From positions 65,132 through 129,131 of the forward strand of contig JBAWZC010000001.1 of assembly GCA_037143235.1 (NCBI GenBank): 64,000 nt of DNA, given 5' to 3'. Shown one piece after another: positions 48,879 through 60,978 of the stretch. Position numbers and translations under genes: made by a program. This DNA is from Candidatus Berkelbacteria bacterium (GTDB lineage: Bacteria; Patescibacteriota; UBA1384; XYA2-FULL-43-10; 1-14-0-10-43-13). The notes below the pieces were generated by a model. The model searched no databases. It saw only the letters and a list, made by a program, of their open reading frames with translations, and had not been told where the DNA came from. The stretch's first letter is position 1. Each line of letters opens with the position of its first letter.

Positions 48879-49124
48879 TGGAGATAATAAAGCAGAGCAA
48901 AAAAGCTAAGAGAAAGAATCATTAGTGATTGAGTGTTGGTTATTAACTGATTATTGTCCCTTGATTATTGTATCTTGTCCGCTTAGGTCAATTAGAATAA
49001 TTAGAAATTAGGTTAATTCTATACTGATCAGTTGAATCAATCTCATTTTCTTGACCGCCAAAGCCATCTTCTGTTAATCTATACGCAAGGGGTTATATTT
49101 TTATTGCACAGAGAGCTGCTTTCG

Positions 49125-49352
49125 ATGAAAAAATACCTTTTGATGTCATTTGGTATGATTGGACAGATCGGTTTTGTCGTGGCTGTCCCGATGGTCGGCC
49201 TAGGTCTCTTTGGCCGTTATCTCGACAATCAGTTCACGACCAAACCATATCTTTTCTTGCTCTGTCTGCTTATTGCCACCCTGATCGCGTTTTTCTCAGT
49301 CAAACTAATCGTTCAAAAACTGATCGAAGAAATGAACAAAAATGGAAATTAG
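49125..49352 (+). CDS. atpI: AtpZ/AtpI family protein
   Basis: GQIGFVVAVP...GRYLD.QF.TKP; first gene of the atp operon. Confidence 0.75.
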   Translation: MKKYLLMSFGMIGQIGFVVAVPMVGLGLFGRYLDNQFTTKPYLFLLCLLIATLIAFFSVKLIVQKLIEEMNKNGN

Positions 49353-50085
49353 CTTAGCGGCAGAAAAAATTGGCCAGATCGGCGCACTCCCGATTACCAA
49401 CTCCATGCTCACTGGTTGGATCGGCTCAGCAATTTTAATTATCTTTGCGACAGTCGCTAGCTACAAGATGAAAATCATCCCGTCGGGTGTACAAAATGTT
49501 TTTGAATATATCATCGAATTTCTCTACAACACTGCCGACTCCATCATCGGCGACGAAAAACAAACCAGAAGATATTTTCCTCTCGTCGCGACAATATTTC
49601 TCTTTATTATTTTCAACAACTGGCTCGGCCTCATCCCCGGAGTTGGTACGATCGGTTTGCACGAAACTTTTCATGGTAAAGAAATCCTCGTTCCCCTCTT
49701 TCGCTCAGCCAACGCCGATCTCAATATGACGATTGCCCTAGCCGTCATCACAGTGCTGTCGATCCAAATTTTTGGCATCGCCGCGATCGGTTTTTTCAAA
49801 TACGGCAAGAAATTCATCAATCTCTCTAGCCCAATCAACTTTTTTATTGGTATACTAGAGCTGATCGGCGAAGTTTCGAGAATGATTTCTTTCTCTTTCC
49901 GATTGTTCGGCAATGTTTTTGCCGGCGAAGTTCTGCTCGTAGTCATCGCCTTCATCGTGCCGTATATCGCCCCAATCCCCTTTTACGGTCTAGAGATCTT
50001 TGTCGGTTTCATCCAAGCACTTGTTTTCACTATGCTTGCTCTGGTTTTCATCAAATCAGCCATTACGGACCATGAAGCACACTGA
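49342..50085 (+). CDS. atpB: ATP synthase F0 subunit a
   Basis: PSGVQN, NWLGLIPG, SFSFRLFGNVFAGE, FIQALVF. Confidence 0.97.
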   Translation: MEISLAAEKIGQIGALPITNSMLTGWIGSAILIIFATVASYKMKIIPSGVQNVFEYIIEFLYNTADSIIGDEKQTRRYFPLVATIFLFIIFNNWLGLIPGVGTIGLHETFHGKEILVPLFRSANADLNMTIALAVITVLSIQIFGIAAIGFFKYGKKFINLSSPINFFIGILELIGEVSRMISFSFRLFGNVFAGEVLLVVIAFIVPYIAPIPFYGLEIFVGFIQALVFTMLALVFIKSAITDHEAH

Positions 50086-50120
50086 TAAATTCGACCAATC
50101 TAATTGGCCGAATAGAGCCG

Positions 50121-50253
50121 AATGATCAATGTTCAAGTGTCAATGTTCAATTAATAATCAAGTTGATAATAAATTAATTTAAGAATTTATTAATTTACTA
50201 ATTTATTAAATTAAATACTTAGTTGATCATTGATATTTGATACTTGAACATTC
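50121..50253. repeat. Gene-less inverted pair of 7-bp periodic (CAATGAT) repeats
   Basis: 50121-50152 matches the reverse complement of 55280-55311 at 29/32; inverted arm at 50223-50253. Confidence 0.7.
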
Positions 50254-50299
50254 ACCCCAAATCAATGATTAAATGAATAAATAATTAAATATTTAATGA

Positions 50300-50536
<237 letters not shown>

Positions 50537-50654
50537 ATAGGGACAGCTAGGAGCTAGGAAATTATAAACCTATTCGACTACATTCGGAAGCTTATTAGCT
50601 TAAACACTTACTAGCTTACCAGCTTAAACACTTACTAGCTTATTAGCTTAAACC

Positions 50655-51143
50655 ATGGAATCACTTGGTATAGACATAAAACTTTTGATCGCTCAAGCAG
50701 TCAATTTTCTGATTGTGATGTTTTTGTTATGGAAATTTGCCTATAACCCCGTACTAAAAATGTTGGACGAACGAAAATCCAAGATTGAAAAAGGCTTGTC
50801 TGACGCCAAAGCCAGTGAAGAATCATTGGGTTTAGCCGAGAAAAAAGCCAAAGAGATCAAGAACGAAGCGCTTTCTAGCGCTGCAGATATTATCAAAGAA
50901 GCCAGAACCGCCGCCAGCGCTGAGCTCGCCGCCCAACTAGCCAAAGCGAATGAAATGTCTGCCAGAATTATCGAAAATGCCACCAAAGAAGCAACTACGC
51001 TCAAATCAAAAGTCTTGACGGAAGCTAAAAAAGAAATTTCAGGATTGATCGTGGCTTCTCTCGACAAAATTGTCGGTGACAAACTAACTACAGTTCAAAA
51101 AGAAAAACTTGCTGAAAAAAGACTGCAAGAAATTCAAAATTGA
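50655..51143 (+). CDS. atpF: ATP synthase F0 subunit b
   Basis: QAVNFLI...YNPVLKMLDERK plus coiled coil. Confidence 0.95.
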   Translation: MESLGIDIKLLIAQAVNFLIVMFLLWKFAYNPVLKMLDERKSKIEKGLSDAKASEESLGLAEKKAKEIKNEALSSAADIIKEARTAASAELAAQLAKANEMSARIIENATKEATTLKSKVLTEAKKEISGLIVASLDKIVGDKLTTVQKEKLAEKRLQEIQN

Positions 51144-51147
51144 TACC

Positions 51148-51567
51148 ATGAAATACAGACCAAAAATATATGCTGAGATGTTGGTAGACACAGCAACAGA
51201 AATCAAAAACGATTCCGCTGACACAAGAGAAAAATTAAAATTGATCGCAAAGAACTTTTGGCGATTACTTCAAAAAAACAAACAATATCGCGAGCTGCCA
51301 AAAATAATGACATCACTCTGCGAAATGTCAGCGATGAAACGAGGCAAAACCACAGTCAAAGTCTTTTCCTCGAATTTTGAAGCTGATTTTGACAGTATTT
51401 TTCAAAAAAGAATTGAAAAAATTGTCAAAAAAGAGATTATTTTTGAAAAAATTACAAAAAGCGTAAATGATGGCCCTGTTTTTGTCTACGAAGATAAAAT
51501 CATCGATCTGTCGAGTCGAAATCTGATCTCAAAACTGGCGACTAAACTCAAAGAGAGCATTTCGTAA
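51148..51567 (+). CDS. atpH: ATP synthase F1 subunit delta (short, divergent)
   Basis: KYRPKIYA...KIIDLS; position between atpF and atpA. Confidence 0.75.
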   Translation: MKYRPKIYAEMLVDTATEIKNDSADTREKLKLIAKNFWRLLQKNKQYRELPKIMTSLCEMSAMKRGKTTVKVFSSNFEADFDSIFQKRIEKIVKKEIIFEKITKSVNDGPVFVYEDKIIDLSSRNLISKLATKLKESIS

Positions 51568-51592
51568 GTAAAAATATAATTATCGGAGTCCT

Positions 51593-53140
51593 ATGTCTGA
51601 CATCATCGAACAACTGAAAAAAGAGATATTAAATTTTGACACTAAGGTCAAGGAAGAAATTGCCGGCGAAGTTGCTGAAATTGGCGACGGCATCGCCAAA
51701 ATCTACGGGCTAAAGGGGGCCAAGTCAGGCGAACTTTTGAGCGTCGAGACAGTTAATGGCAAAGTTGCCGCGATGGTTCTAAATCTCGAAGAAAGTTCCA
51801 TTGGTGCTGTCGTTCTCGGCGATTACAAAAACATTACCGCAGGCGACAAAGTCGTCTGTACCGGTGAGGTCGCGAGCATCAATGTCTCTGATGATATTAT
51901 CGGTCGGGTTGTTAACCCACTTGGCTTACCGCTTGACGACAAGGGCACGATCAAGGCTGGCAAATCCATGCCTATCGAAAAAGTCGCGCCAGGGGTAATC
52001 ACTCGTCAATCTGTGACCGTTCCATTGCAAACTGGCATTAAAGCTATCGATGCATTGATTCCGATCGGCCGCGGCCAACGCGAGCTGATCATCGGCGATC
52101 GTGGTACAGGCAAAACAGCTATTGCCATCGACACAATCATCAATCAAAAAGATCTTCCCAAAGACAAAAGACCAATCTGTATCTATGTTGCCATCGGTCA
52201 GAAAAAATCAAAGGTCGCTCGTATCGTTGCCAAGCTCGAAGAATCAGGTGCGATGGCTTATACAATCGTCGTTTTGGCTGGAGCATCTGACCCCGCTTCC
52301 CTTTCCTTCATCGCACCATACTCTGGCTGCGCCATTGGCGAATATTTTATGGAAAGCGGCAAAGATGTCCTAATTATTTTCGATGACCTAACCAAACAAG
52401 CATGGGCCTATCGTCAAGTTTCGCTCTTGCTGCGACGACCACCAGGCAGGGAAGCCTATCCCGGCGATGTTTTTTACCTCCACTCTCGCTTACTTGAGCG
52501 CGCTTGCCGCCTGAACAAAGACTTTGGTGGCGGCTCGATGACTGCCCTCCCGATCATCGAAACCCAGGCAGGTGATGTCTCTGCCTATATCCCAACCAAT
52601 GTCATATCTATCACCGATGGCCAAATCTTCTTGGAGAGCGATCTTTTTTACCAAGGCATTCGTCCCGCTCTAAATATTGGTATTTCAGTCTCTCGTGTTG
52701 GCGGTGCTGCTCAAATTAAAGCAATGAAAAAAGTAGCTGGTCGTCTCAAACTTGAAATGGCCCAATATCGTGAGATGGCTGCCTTCGCTCAATTTGCTTC
52801 TGATCTTGACGCCGATACCAGAAAGACAATCGAACGCGGCAAACGCATTACCGAAGTAATGAAACAACCTCAATACTCCCCTGTCTCGGTCGAAGACCAA
52901 GTCGTCGTCCTATATGCCGCTATCAACGGCTATCTTGACGGCTATGATGTCGCCGATATCGTCGAGGTTGAAAAAGGCATTATTTCTAAAGCCAAAACAG
53001 GTATCAAAGAAGTCCTTGCCGCCATTCGCGAAACTGGTGAATTAAATGAAGCCGATGAAGCCAAATTGAAAGATTTTTTAGCTAAAAATAGCAAAAAAAT
53101 TGAACAGGACGTAGAAGAAATACCAAAGGGCAATAAATAA
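51593..53140 (+). CDS. atpA: ATP synthase F1 subunit alpha
   Basis: [41 protein letters not shown]. Confidence 0.99.
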   Translation: MSDIIEQLKKEILNFDTKVKEEIAGEVAEIGDGIAKIYGLKGAKSGELLSVETVNGKVAAMVLNLEESSIGAVVLGDYKNITAGDKVVCTGEVASINVSDDIIGRVVNPLGLPLDDKGTIKAGKSMPIEKVAPGVITRQSVTVPLQTGIKAIDALIPIGRGQRELIIGDRGTGKTAIAIDTIINQKDLPKDKRPICIYVAIGQKKSKVARIVAKLEESGAMAYTIVVLAGASDPASLSFIAPYSGCAIGEYFMESGKDVLIIFDDLTKQAWAYRQVSLLLRRPPGREAYPGDVFYLHSRLLERACRLNKDFGGGSMTALPIIETQAGDVSAYIPTNVISITDGQIFLESDLFYQGIRPALNIGISVSRVGGAAQIKAMKKVAGRLKLEMAQYREMAAFAQFASDLDADTRKTIERGKRITEVMKQPQYSPVSVEDQVVVLYAAINGYLDGYDVADIVEVEKGIISKAKTGIKEVLAAIRETGELNEADEAKLKDFLAKNSKKIEQDVEEIPKGNK

Positions 53141-53815
53141 ATGGACAATGAAACAGAAAATTTAGTCAGAACAAAAAAACCACGAACAATGCTGTGGGCA
53201 TGCTTCGGTTTTGTTTTAATTATAGTTTTAGGATATGGCTTATTTTCTTGGCTGAAACCTGAGTCTAAATATTCGATTAATAATATCTCTAAACACAACA
53301 TCGTACCGCAAACACCAAGCATTCAGTATGGTATTGTTCATTCTACTCTCGAGAATGCGTATATCTCTATTTCATTTCAGGATCGGCTTGATATGGCCCA
53401 AGCGAATGAGATTCTAAAGAATTACGCCTCTTTAAACGATAATATGACTTACAATGTTTTTCAGGACCGCTTTTGTTCTTATAGCATCAAACCGAAAACA
53501 TCAGACCTTCAGCACGATATTTCTACCATCGAGCCATCCCTTGTCGGACCAACCCTGCTCAATCATTCGGCAGACCTTCTCGAAGCCACCAGAGACATAA
53601 ACGGTAATCCGATAATAGTTGGCACTGCCCACAGTGCTTCTTGTGCTGAAATACAGCGAACGATTGAGTCGTTTGGATTTACTGTCATCAATATCAATCA
53701 AACACCAGTTTATGCCACAGTTAAGACAGATACAAACAAGAAAGAGGCACTTTTGGAGCTATTGAATAAAGATGTCGACTCATTCCAAAATGTTCAATTT
53801 GATTATCCAGTGTGA
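53141..53815 (+). CDS. Hypothetical membrane-anchored protein inside the atp operon
   Basis: Single N-terminal TM; 224-aa ORF abutting the atpA stop. Confidence 0.7.
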   Translation: MDNETENLVRTKKPRTMLWACFGFVLIIVLGYGLFSWLKPESKYSINNISKHNIVPQTPSIQYGIVHSTLENAYISISFQDRLDMAQANEILKNYASLNDNMTYNVFQDRFCSYSIKPKTSDLQHDISTIEPSLVGPTLLNHSADLLEATRDINGNPIIVGTAHSASCAEIQRTIESFGFTVININQTPVYATVKTDTNKKEALLELLNKDVDSFQNVQFDYPV

Positions 53816-53845
53816 GATCGTAAATTAACAAAAATGAAATAGACC

Positions 53846-54781
53846 ATGCCTTCAACCCAAGAATTCCGACGGAGAATTAAATCTGTCAACAACACCAGAC
53901 AAATTACTAAAGCGATGGAAATGATCGCCTCTGTTAAGATGCAAAAAGCCACCAAAACAATCGCTGCTGCGCGGAGCTATGTTCAAAATGCTTGGAATAT
54001 GCTGCAAAAATTAAGTGCCTCTGTTCTGCCTGACAATCACCCCCTAGTCTCAGCCACGAAAGTCAACAAAACAGCAGTCATCCTGATCACCTCAGATCGT
54101 GGTCTCTGTGGCGGTTACAACGCTGAAATTATCAAAAGGTTTATTCGCTTCGAGAAAGAAGAGTGCGCTTGCTCAATTACCGATAAAAAATCAGCTTGCG
54201 GAGACTATTCTGGTAGCTGTGATGTCATAGCTATCGGCAAAAAAGGGGCTGAATACACAGAAAGATACAAAATTGGCCGACTGATTGCCGAATTTCCTGC
54301 TTTTGAAAACGATGTCCAGATCGAAGATATCGTCGCTATCTCCAAATTAACCAATGGCGAATATCTAGCTGGCCACTACGACAAAGTTGTCGCCATTTAC
54401 TCTCATTTTGAATCCTCAATCAAACAAACTGGTGTCGTCAAACAAATTTTACCCCTCTCGACTAATCACATCGACAAGCTTGATCTTTGGGAGGCCGACC
54501 CTGACCTCGAGACCAATAACCTTGAAAATTTCAAATTTGAGCCATCACCTGATATCGTTTTTGAGGGCATATTAAAACAATTTCTTCGAGTTCAAATATT
54601 TGGCGCCATTCTGGAAGCAAACGCCTCCGAACACTCAGCTCGCATGGTAGCAATGAAAAACGCCACTGACAACGCCAAAGATCTGATTGATGAATTACAA
54701 CTGATATACAACTCAGTTCGTCAAGATAGCATCACTCGTGAAATTGCCGAAATCAGCGGCGCCGCAGAAGCGATGGGATAA
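53846..54781 (+). CDS. atpG: ATP synthase F1 subunit gamma
   Basis: QITKAMEMI, SDRGLCGGYN, ASEHSARMVAMKNATDNA, RQDSITREI. Confidence 0.98.
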   Translation: MPSTQEFRRRIKSVNNTRQITKAMEMIASVKMQKATKTIAAARSYVQNAWNMLQKLSASVLPDNHPLVSATKVNKTAVILITSDRGLCGGYNAEIIKRFIRFEKEECACSITDKKSACGDYSGSCDVIAIGKKGAEYTERYKIGRLIAEFPAFENDVQIEDIVAISKLTNGEYLAGHYDKVVAIYSHFESSIKQTGVVKQILPLSTNHIDKLDLWEADPDLETNNLENFKFEPSPDIVFEGILKQFLRVQIFGAILEANASEHSARMVAMKNATDNAKDLIDELQLIYNSVRQDSITREIAEISGAAEAMG

Positions 54782-54894
54782 TATAGACAATGATCAAATA
54801 CCAAGGGTCAATGATCAAGTAAGTATCAAGTGAGAAATAAGTTAAGTAATGATCAAGCAAGTGGAAAACAAGAATCAATAATAGATATTTATTA

Positions 54895-55281
54895 ATGGAA
54901 ACGCAAAATCCAAAATACAATCTTCAGGAGCGAACGCTAAATTTTGGCAAGGATATAATTAGACTTTGCAAATCGATAAAATATTGTCCTGTTTCATTCA
55001 AAATTATTGACCAATTGGTTAGATCTGGCACAAGTGTCGGTGCTAATTATATGGAAGCAATAAACGGATCATCAAAAAAAGACTTCAAAAATAAATTGTT
55101 TATCTGCAAAAAAGAATCGCAAGAAACCAAGTATTGGCTAAGCATGTTAAAAGAATCTGAATCAGACAGAGCTATGGATATCACCCCTTTAATACAAGAA
55201 TGTCACGAACTAAATCTTATTTTCCAAAAATCGATAAACACAGTAGAAGAAAACTTAATACTTAATAAATTAAAAACTTAA
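54895..55281 (+). CDS. Four-helix-bundle protein (23S rRNA-IVP/Avd-like family)
   Basis: LQERT, DQLVRSGTSVGANYMEA...SKKDF..KL.ICKKE..ET.YWL. Confidence 0.92.
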   Translation: METQNPKYNLQERTLNFGKDIIRLCKSIKYCPVSFKIIDQLVRSGTSVGANYMEAINGSSKKDFKNKLFICKKESQETKYWLSMLKESESDRAMDITPLIQECHELNLIFQKSINTVEENLILNKLKT

Positions 55282-55313
55282 TTGATCATTGACACTTGAT
55301 CATTGACCATTAA

Positions 55314-56687
<1,374 letters not shown>

Positions 56688-56697
56688 AAGGAGCAAT

Positions 56698-56919
56698 ATG
56701 CCACTAACTTTAAAAGAGTATATTACAATCAATCTTGAATTATTAATATTAATAATATTTATTAGCTCCTTTCCTGTATTTTTCTGGAGCCTAAAGGATC
56801 CTCGAAAAAAAATCTGGAAATTTTGCTCTATCATCTCATTTATTCTATCGGGAATATTTTTGAGCTGGCTTGGCTTTACAATAATAAATTTCGCAATCGG
56901 TATGTCTAATTTCAATTAA
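56698..56919 (+). CDS. Small two-TM hypothetical protein inside the atp operon
   Basis: AAGGAG RBS; fills the atpD-atpC gap; AT-rich. Confidence 0.6.
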   Translation: MPLTLKEYITINLELLILIIFISSFPVFFWSLKDPRKKIWKFCSIISFILSGIFLSWLGFTIINFAIGMSNFN

Positions 56920-56920
56920 T

Positions 56921-57337
56921 ATGAACACCTTCAAATTAAAACTCATCTCCCCCTCCGGTATAGCTTACGAGGCCGAAGCTACCGAAATTACACTCCCAAC
57001 GACCGATGGCGAGATTGGCATTTTGCCAAATCACGAACCCTTGATCACCCTGATCAAAGCAGGATTGATCAAGATCAAAAACGGCCGCGAAGAAAAAGAG
57101 TTAGCAACCGAAGGCGGCATCGCTGAAATCAATAACAATGTTATCAAAATTTTGGCCGACACCGCCGAAGACACCGCCAATCTCGATGAATTAAAAATTA
57201 TGAAAGCCAAAGAGTTAGCAGAAAAACATTTAACCGAAGCCAAAAATGAAATTGAATTCGCTGATGCTTCCGCCAATCTCGAGAAACAGCTCACTATGCT
57301 CAGTTTAGCCACCAAACGCAAAAAGAAATATCGTTAG
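56921..57337 (+). CDS. atpC: ATP synthase F1 subunit epsilon
   Basis: LISPSG...PTTDGEIGILPNHEP...GGIAEI. Confidence 0.96.
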   Translation: MNTFKLKLISPSGIAYEAEATEITLPTTDGEIGILPNHEPLITLIKAGLIKIKNGREEKELATEGGIAEINNNVIKILADTAEDTANLDELKIMKAKELAEKHLTEAKNEIEFADASANLEKQLTMLSLATKRKKKYR

Positions 57338-57358
57338 TATTATTCCAATACAATAATC

Positions 57359-58357
57359 TTAGTGCTCTAAAAATATCTTGGCAAATCTTTTGATTTGTTC
57401 ATAATTGGGCAACCATTGAATCTCAGGAAAACGGTGAAACCAAGTCATCTGACGACGAGCAAATTGATGAGTACAATACTTCAAATCCTGAGACATGGCT
57501 TGAAATTCAGAATTATGAATCACGAATGATGAGTCACGGTTCTCGCCCAATTTTTCCCATAATTGAATATTCTTAATTCTTAATTCTAGAAGGTATTGAG
57601 TAATTTCTCTGTATTCCAGACCCAGCCCGATCAACCAGACCGGATCAACTCCTGATATTAACAAATCACGCACCTCCTGAGTCATTCCAACCTCAAATCT
57701 CTCGTCAACTCTTTTATCAATTCGCTGATGTAATTCTGTGCGTGGCACATCTACTCCGATCTGTAAGACCTCGAAATCAGGCTTAATCTTCACAGGGTTG
57801 AGCCCCTCTTGCGCTAGTTCAATTGCTCTGATCAATCGATGCCGATTTTTGTGATCGATTGATTCATATTTCTGGACATCACTTTTCTCCAAGACCTCGT
57901 TCAGCTCTTTTGTTGTCAGTTTGTCTAATTGCTCACGCGAATACTCTGCTTTCTGTTTTTTACCTGCCCCTCGTAGCCCTGGCGTAGTGGAGTTTTCTGT
58001 TTTCTGCTGAAGAGCGAACCCTTCGACAAGTCCCTGAATATATAGCCCACTGCCCCCAACGAGGATCGGCACCTTGCCACGAGCAAAGATGTCTTCAATT
58101 GCCGATCGAGCCAGTGGCAAATAGTCGAAAAGCGTCATCTTCTCCCCTGGGTCAACGATATCTATCATGTGATATTTCACCTCGCCATATTCAGCCAGAT
58201 CTTTACCAGTTCCGAGATCAAGCCCACGATAAACCTGACGGCTATCAGCAGAGATGATTTCGCCGTTAAATTCCTTTGCTAGTTTCACCCCAATCCCCGT
58301 CTTTCCTGAGGCTGTTGGTCCAACAATCGCAATAATTTTTCGCTTTTTTGTAATCAC
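57359..58357 (-). CDS. miaA: tRNA dimethylallyltransferase
   Basis: GPTASGKT, ISADSRQVY.GLDLGTGK, VGGSGLY, ARRQMTWF; start (GTG) approximate. Confidence 0.95.
   Translation of the reverse strand: MITKKRKIIAIVGPTASGKTGIGVKLAKEFNGEIISADSRQVYRGLDLGTGKDLAEYGEVKYHMIDIVDPGEKMTLFDYLPLARSAIEDIFARGKVPILVGGSGLYIQGLVEGFALQQKTENSTTPGLRGAGKKQKAEYSREQLDKLTTKELNEVLEKSDVQKYESIDHKNRHRLIRAIELAQEGLNPVKIKPDFEVLQIGVDVPRTELHQRIDKRVDERFEVGMTQEVRDLLISGVDPVWLIGLGLEYREITQYLLELRIKNIQLWEKLGENRDSSFVIHNSEFQAMSQDLKYCTHQFARRQMTWFHRFPEIQWLPNYEQIKRFAKIFLEH
57963..57992 (-). repeat. 30-bp GGCAGG-tailed hairpin in frame within miaA
   Basis: CTCCACTACGCCAGGGCTACGAGGGGCAGG, translated as STTPGLRGAG; similar to 13596-13625. Confidence 0.75.
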
Positions 58358-58403
58358 GGTATATAATTTATATAGCACAACTTGAACAATTAATGAATTA
58401 ATT

Positions 58404-60116
58404 ATGACAAAAATCATTCGTTCTATTTGGCTAGTGCCTCTGTTCACTCTTTCTTTTTTACTTTTTCCTCTGATCACCCAAGCTCGTAGCGCCTCCGAAA
58501 TCACCGACTGGTATCTAAAAGATTTTCATTCTGACATCACCGTCAATACCGACGGCACTATTGATGTTACAGAAAAAATAACAGCTGATTGTGGGGATCT
58601 GCCCGACAAACACGGCATCTTCCGCGTTCTCCCAACCCGATTCAAACTTGACGGCAAATTTATCGAAACTCCGATCAAGCTTATCGACATCACTGATCTA
58701 GTGGGTCAAGATTATATGTATTCCGAGTCAACTGATCAATTTAACCACACACTGACGTGGAAAATTGGCGACCCAAACATCTCTGTAACTGGTGCAAATG
58801 ACTACATACTCAAATATCGCATTCGAAACACTATCATCGACAGTAGAGCAACCGATCGATTTTTCTGGAACCTTTCTGGTAATCAATGGGGTATTCCAAT
58901 TGACAAATTCAGCGCCACTGTCACCTTCCCCCCTGCCGTCAACAAAATCAATACATTGGCGTATTTTGGAACACAAGGTTCGACAAACTCAGATGATCTC
59001 AAAGTGACACAGTTAGCGAACAATGTTATCAATTTCGAAACTTCTCGGACCATTGTTCAGGGCGAAGGCGTCAGCGCCGACTTTAGTATTGCTCCCAATA
59101 ATATGATATCCAACGCCGGCCTGACTTGGTTTGAACTTTATGACAATTATCTTTTCGTCCTTATCCCCATCCTGATTTTTGTCTTCATTTTCAATTACTG
59201 GAAAAAGTATGGCCGTGATCACAAGGTGAATAAATCTATCATGGCTGAATATGAGCCACCCAAAAACCTGTCGGCTGGCGCAGTCCAATTCCTTGCTCGT
59301 GGCGGCTATTTCGACAACAATATTGTCACAGCCGAACTCATCTATCTTGCGACCAAAGGTCATCTTAAGATCGAAGAAATCGAGAAGAAAGGCCTCTTTG
59401 GCGGCAAAGATTACAAACTGACCAAGATTGATAAATCCGACAAGCTTCTGCCATATCAAGACATTCTACTTGGATGGTTCTTCCAAAGTGGGTCCGAGTC
59501 ATTACTTTCTAGCATCAAAAAAGATGCTATCTCCAACAACAAATACTTGAAGATCTTTCAAGACGATCTACGAAAATACTGTGAGGACTCTGGATATATC
59601 GAAAAGGGCGGCGCAACGCGAATGATCGTCTTCATCATTCTTGGGGTAATCCTCATCGTTGGTGGGTTCTATGTTGGCTCCCTAAACTTATATCTGGCCG
59701 CTGCCATCATCATTTCTGGAATAATTGCCATTATTTTCGGCGCACTAATGCCCAAATTAACTCAAAGTGGTGCCGAGCTGGCTTGGCAGATCAAAGGGCT
59801 GAAGCTATTTATGACCACAGCCGAAAAATATCGCCAACAATTCAACGAAAAAGAAAACATCTTTGACAAACTTCTCCCCTATGCCATTGGTTTTGGTATC
59901 ACGGGGCTTTGGATCAAGAAGATGAAACTGATTTATGGCGACCAATACTTCGGGGCATACCACCCTATTTGGTACTACGGCGCCATCGGCTCGTTTGATG
60001 TCGATTCGTTTACATCAGCGATGAACTCAGTTACAAGCGCCGTTTCCTCCGCTTCGTCCTCTGGCTCTGGCGGTGCCGGGGGCGGTGGAGGTGGTGGAGG
60101 AGGAGGCGGTTGGTAA
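58404..60116 (+). CDS. DUF2207 domain membrane protein
   Basis: Signal peptide, I.VN.DG.I.VTE.I, HGIFR.LP, LPYAI.FG, C-terminal GGGGGGGGGGW. Confidence 0.9.
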   Translation: MTKIIRSIWLVPLFTLSFLLFPLITQARSASEITDWYLKDFHSDITVNTDGTIDVTEKITADCGDLPDKHGIFRVLPTRFKLDGKFIETPIKLIDITDLVGQDYMYSESTDQFNHTLTWKIGDPNISVTGANDYILKYRIRNTIIDSRATDRFFWNLSGNQWGIPIDKFSATVTFPPAVNKINTLAYFGTQGSTNSDDLKVTQLANNVINFETSRTIVQGEGVSADFSIAPNNMISNAGLTWFELYDNYLFVLIPILIFVFIFNYWKKYGRDHKVNKSIMAEYEPPKNLSAGAVQFLARGGYFDNNIVTAELIYLATKGHLKIEEIEKKGLFGGKDYKLTKIDKSDKLLPYQDILLGWFFQSGSESLLSSIKKDAISNNKYLKIFQDDLRKYCEDSGYIEKGGATRMIVFIILGVILIVGGFYVGSLNLYLAAAIIISGIIAIIFGALMPKLTQSGAELAWQIKGLKLFMTTAEKYRQQFNEKENIFDKLLPYAIGFGITGLWIKKMKLIYGDQYFGAYHPIWYYGAIGSFDVDSFTSAMNSVTSAVSSASSSGSGGAGGGGGGGGGGGW

Positions 60117-60162
60117 TTTAGTTAACGATAAATGTTGCACGAAAATTCAATTTGATCAGACT

Positions 60163-60798
60163 ATGGATTTGAAATGGAATAAAAACCTAGCATACGCTGT
60201 TGGCTTATTCGTTTCTGATGGTTATTTATCAATAGATGGCCGTCATCTAGATTTTACCTCAAAAGATATTGAGCAAATTGAAAATTTCAAGCAATGCCTC
60301 TCCATCACAACGCCAATATCTCTAAAATCAAACGGACACAACAATCGCGACTACTTTCGCATCCAATTCAGCAATGTTGCGCTATATAAGTTTTTTAACA
60401 AAATAGGCATCACAAACAATAAAAGCCTAACGATTAGTCAGGTGGAAATAAACGTCAGGTTTTTCGCTGATTTTTTGCGAGGACTACTCGACGGTGACGG
60501 ATCGATTAGCCTATCGAAGCACCCTGAAAGCAAATTTTTGCAAGTAAAAATACGATTTGCCTCCGGTAGTAAAAATTTTCTAGTTTGGCTGATGAAAAAT
60601 ATAAAAAACGAGACAACCGTCACGGGAGGTTTTTTAGTAAGTGTTTCGCGTTGTTGGCAACTAGTTTACGGCAAAAATGACTCACAAAAATTGATTCGTT
60701 ATATGTACAGTAAAGACAATATTATTTGTCTTAGCCGAAAAAAAGCAACTGCGATGTCTGTTTTACGTTTACAAGAGGAACAAAATAAGGTAAAATAG
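60163..60798 (+). CDS. Free-standing double-motif LAGLIDADG endonuclease
   Basis: LAYAVGLFVSDG and DFLRGLLDGDGS motifs; paralogue of 40161-40793. Confidence 0.9.
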   Translation: MDLKWNKNLAYAVGLFVSDGYLSIDGRHLDFTSKDIEQIENFKQCLSITTPISLKSNGHNNRDYFRIQFSNVALYKFFNKIGITNNKSLTISQVEINVRFFADFLRGLLDGDGSISLSKHPESKFLQVKIRFASGSKNFLVWLMKNIKNETTVTGGFLVSVSRCWQLVYGKNDSQKLIRYMYSKDNIICLSRKKATAMSVLRLQEEQNKVK

Positions 60799-60805
60799 TC
60801 TTAAT

Positions 60806-60889
60806 GCGGGCGTGGCGAAATGGTACACGCGCATGCCTTAGGAGCATGTGGGGAAACCCTTGGAGGTTCAAGTCCTCTCGCCCGCACCA
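60806..60889 (+). tRNA. tRNA-Leu(TAG)
   Basis: GCGGGCG/CGCCCGC, CATGC-CTTAGGA-GCATG, GGTTCAAGTCC, CCA. Confidence 0.94.
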
Positions 60890-60978
60890 TAAACGATTAA
60901 TTTCAAAAATTTGCATTATATTTCTAAAGGTTTTATAATAAAATCAACAATTTAATTTTACTCTTTCAAGGAGGGACC

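Noticed and set aside
50589-50653. Possible CRISPR array (also 27623-27708)
   Set aside because: Units are contiguous 8/24-bp tandem repeats with no unique spacers, and there are no cas genes.
54895-55281. Diversity-generating retroelement suggested by the Avd-like protein
   Set aside because: No reverse transcriptase and no TR/VR pair differing at adenines seen in the window.
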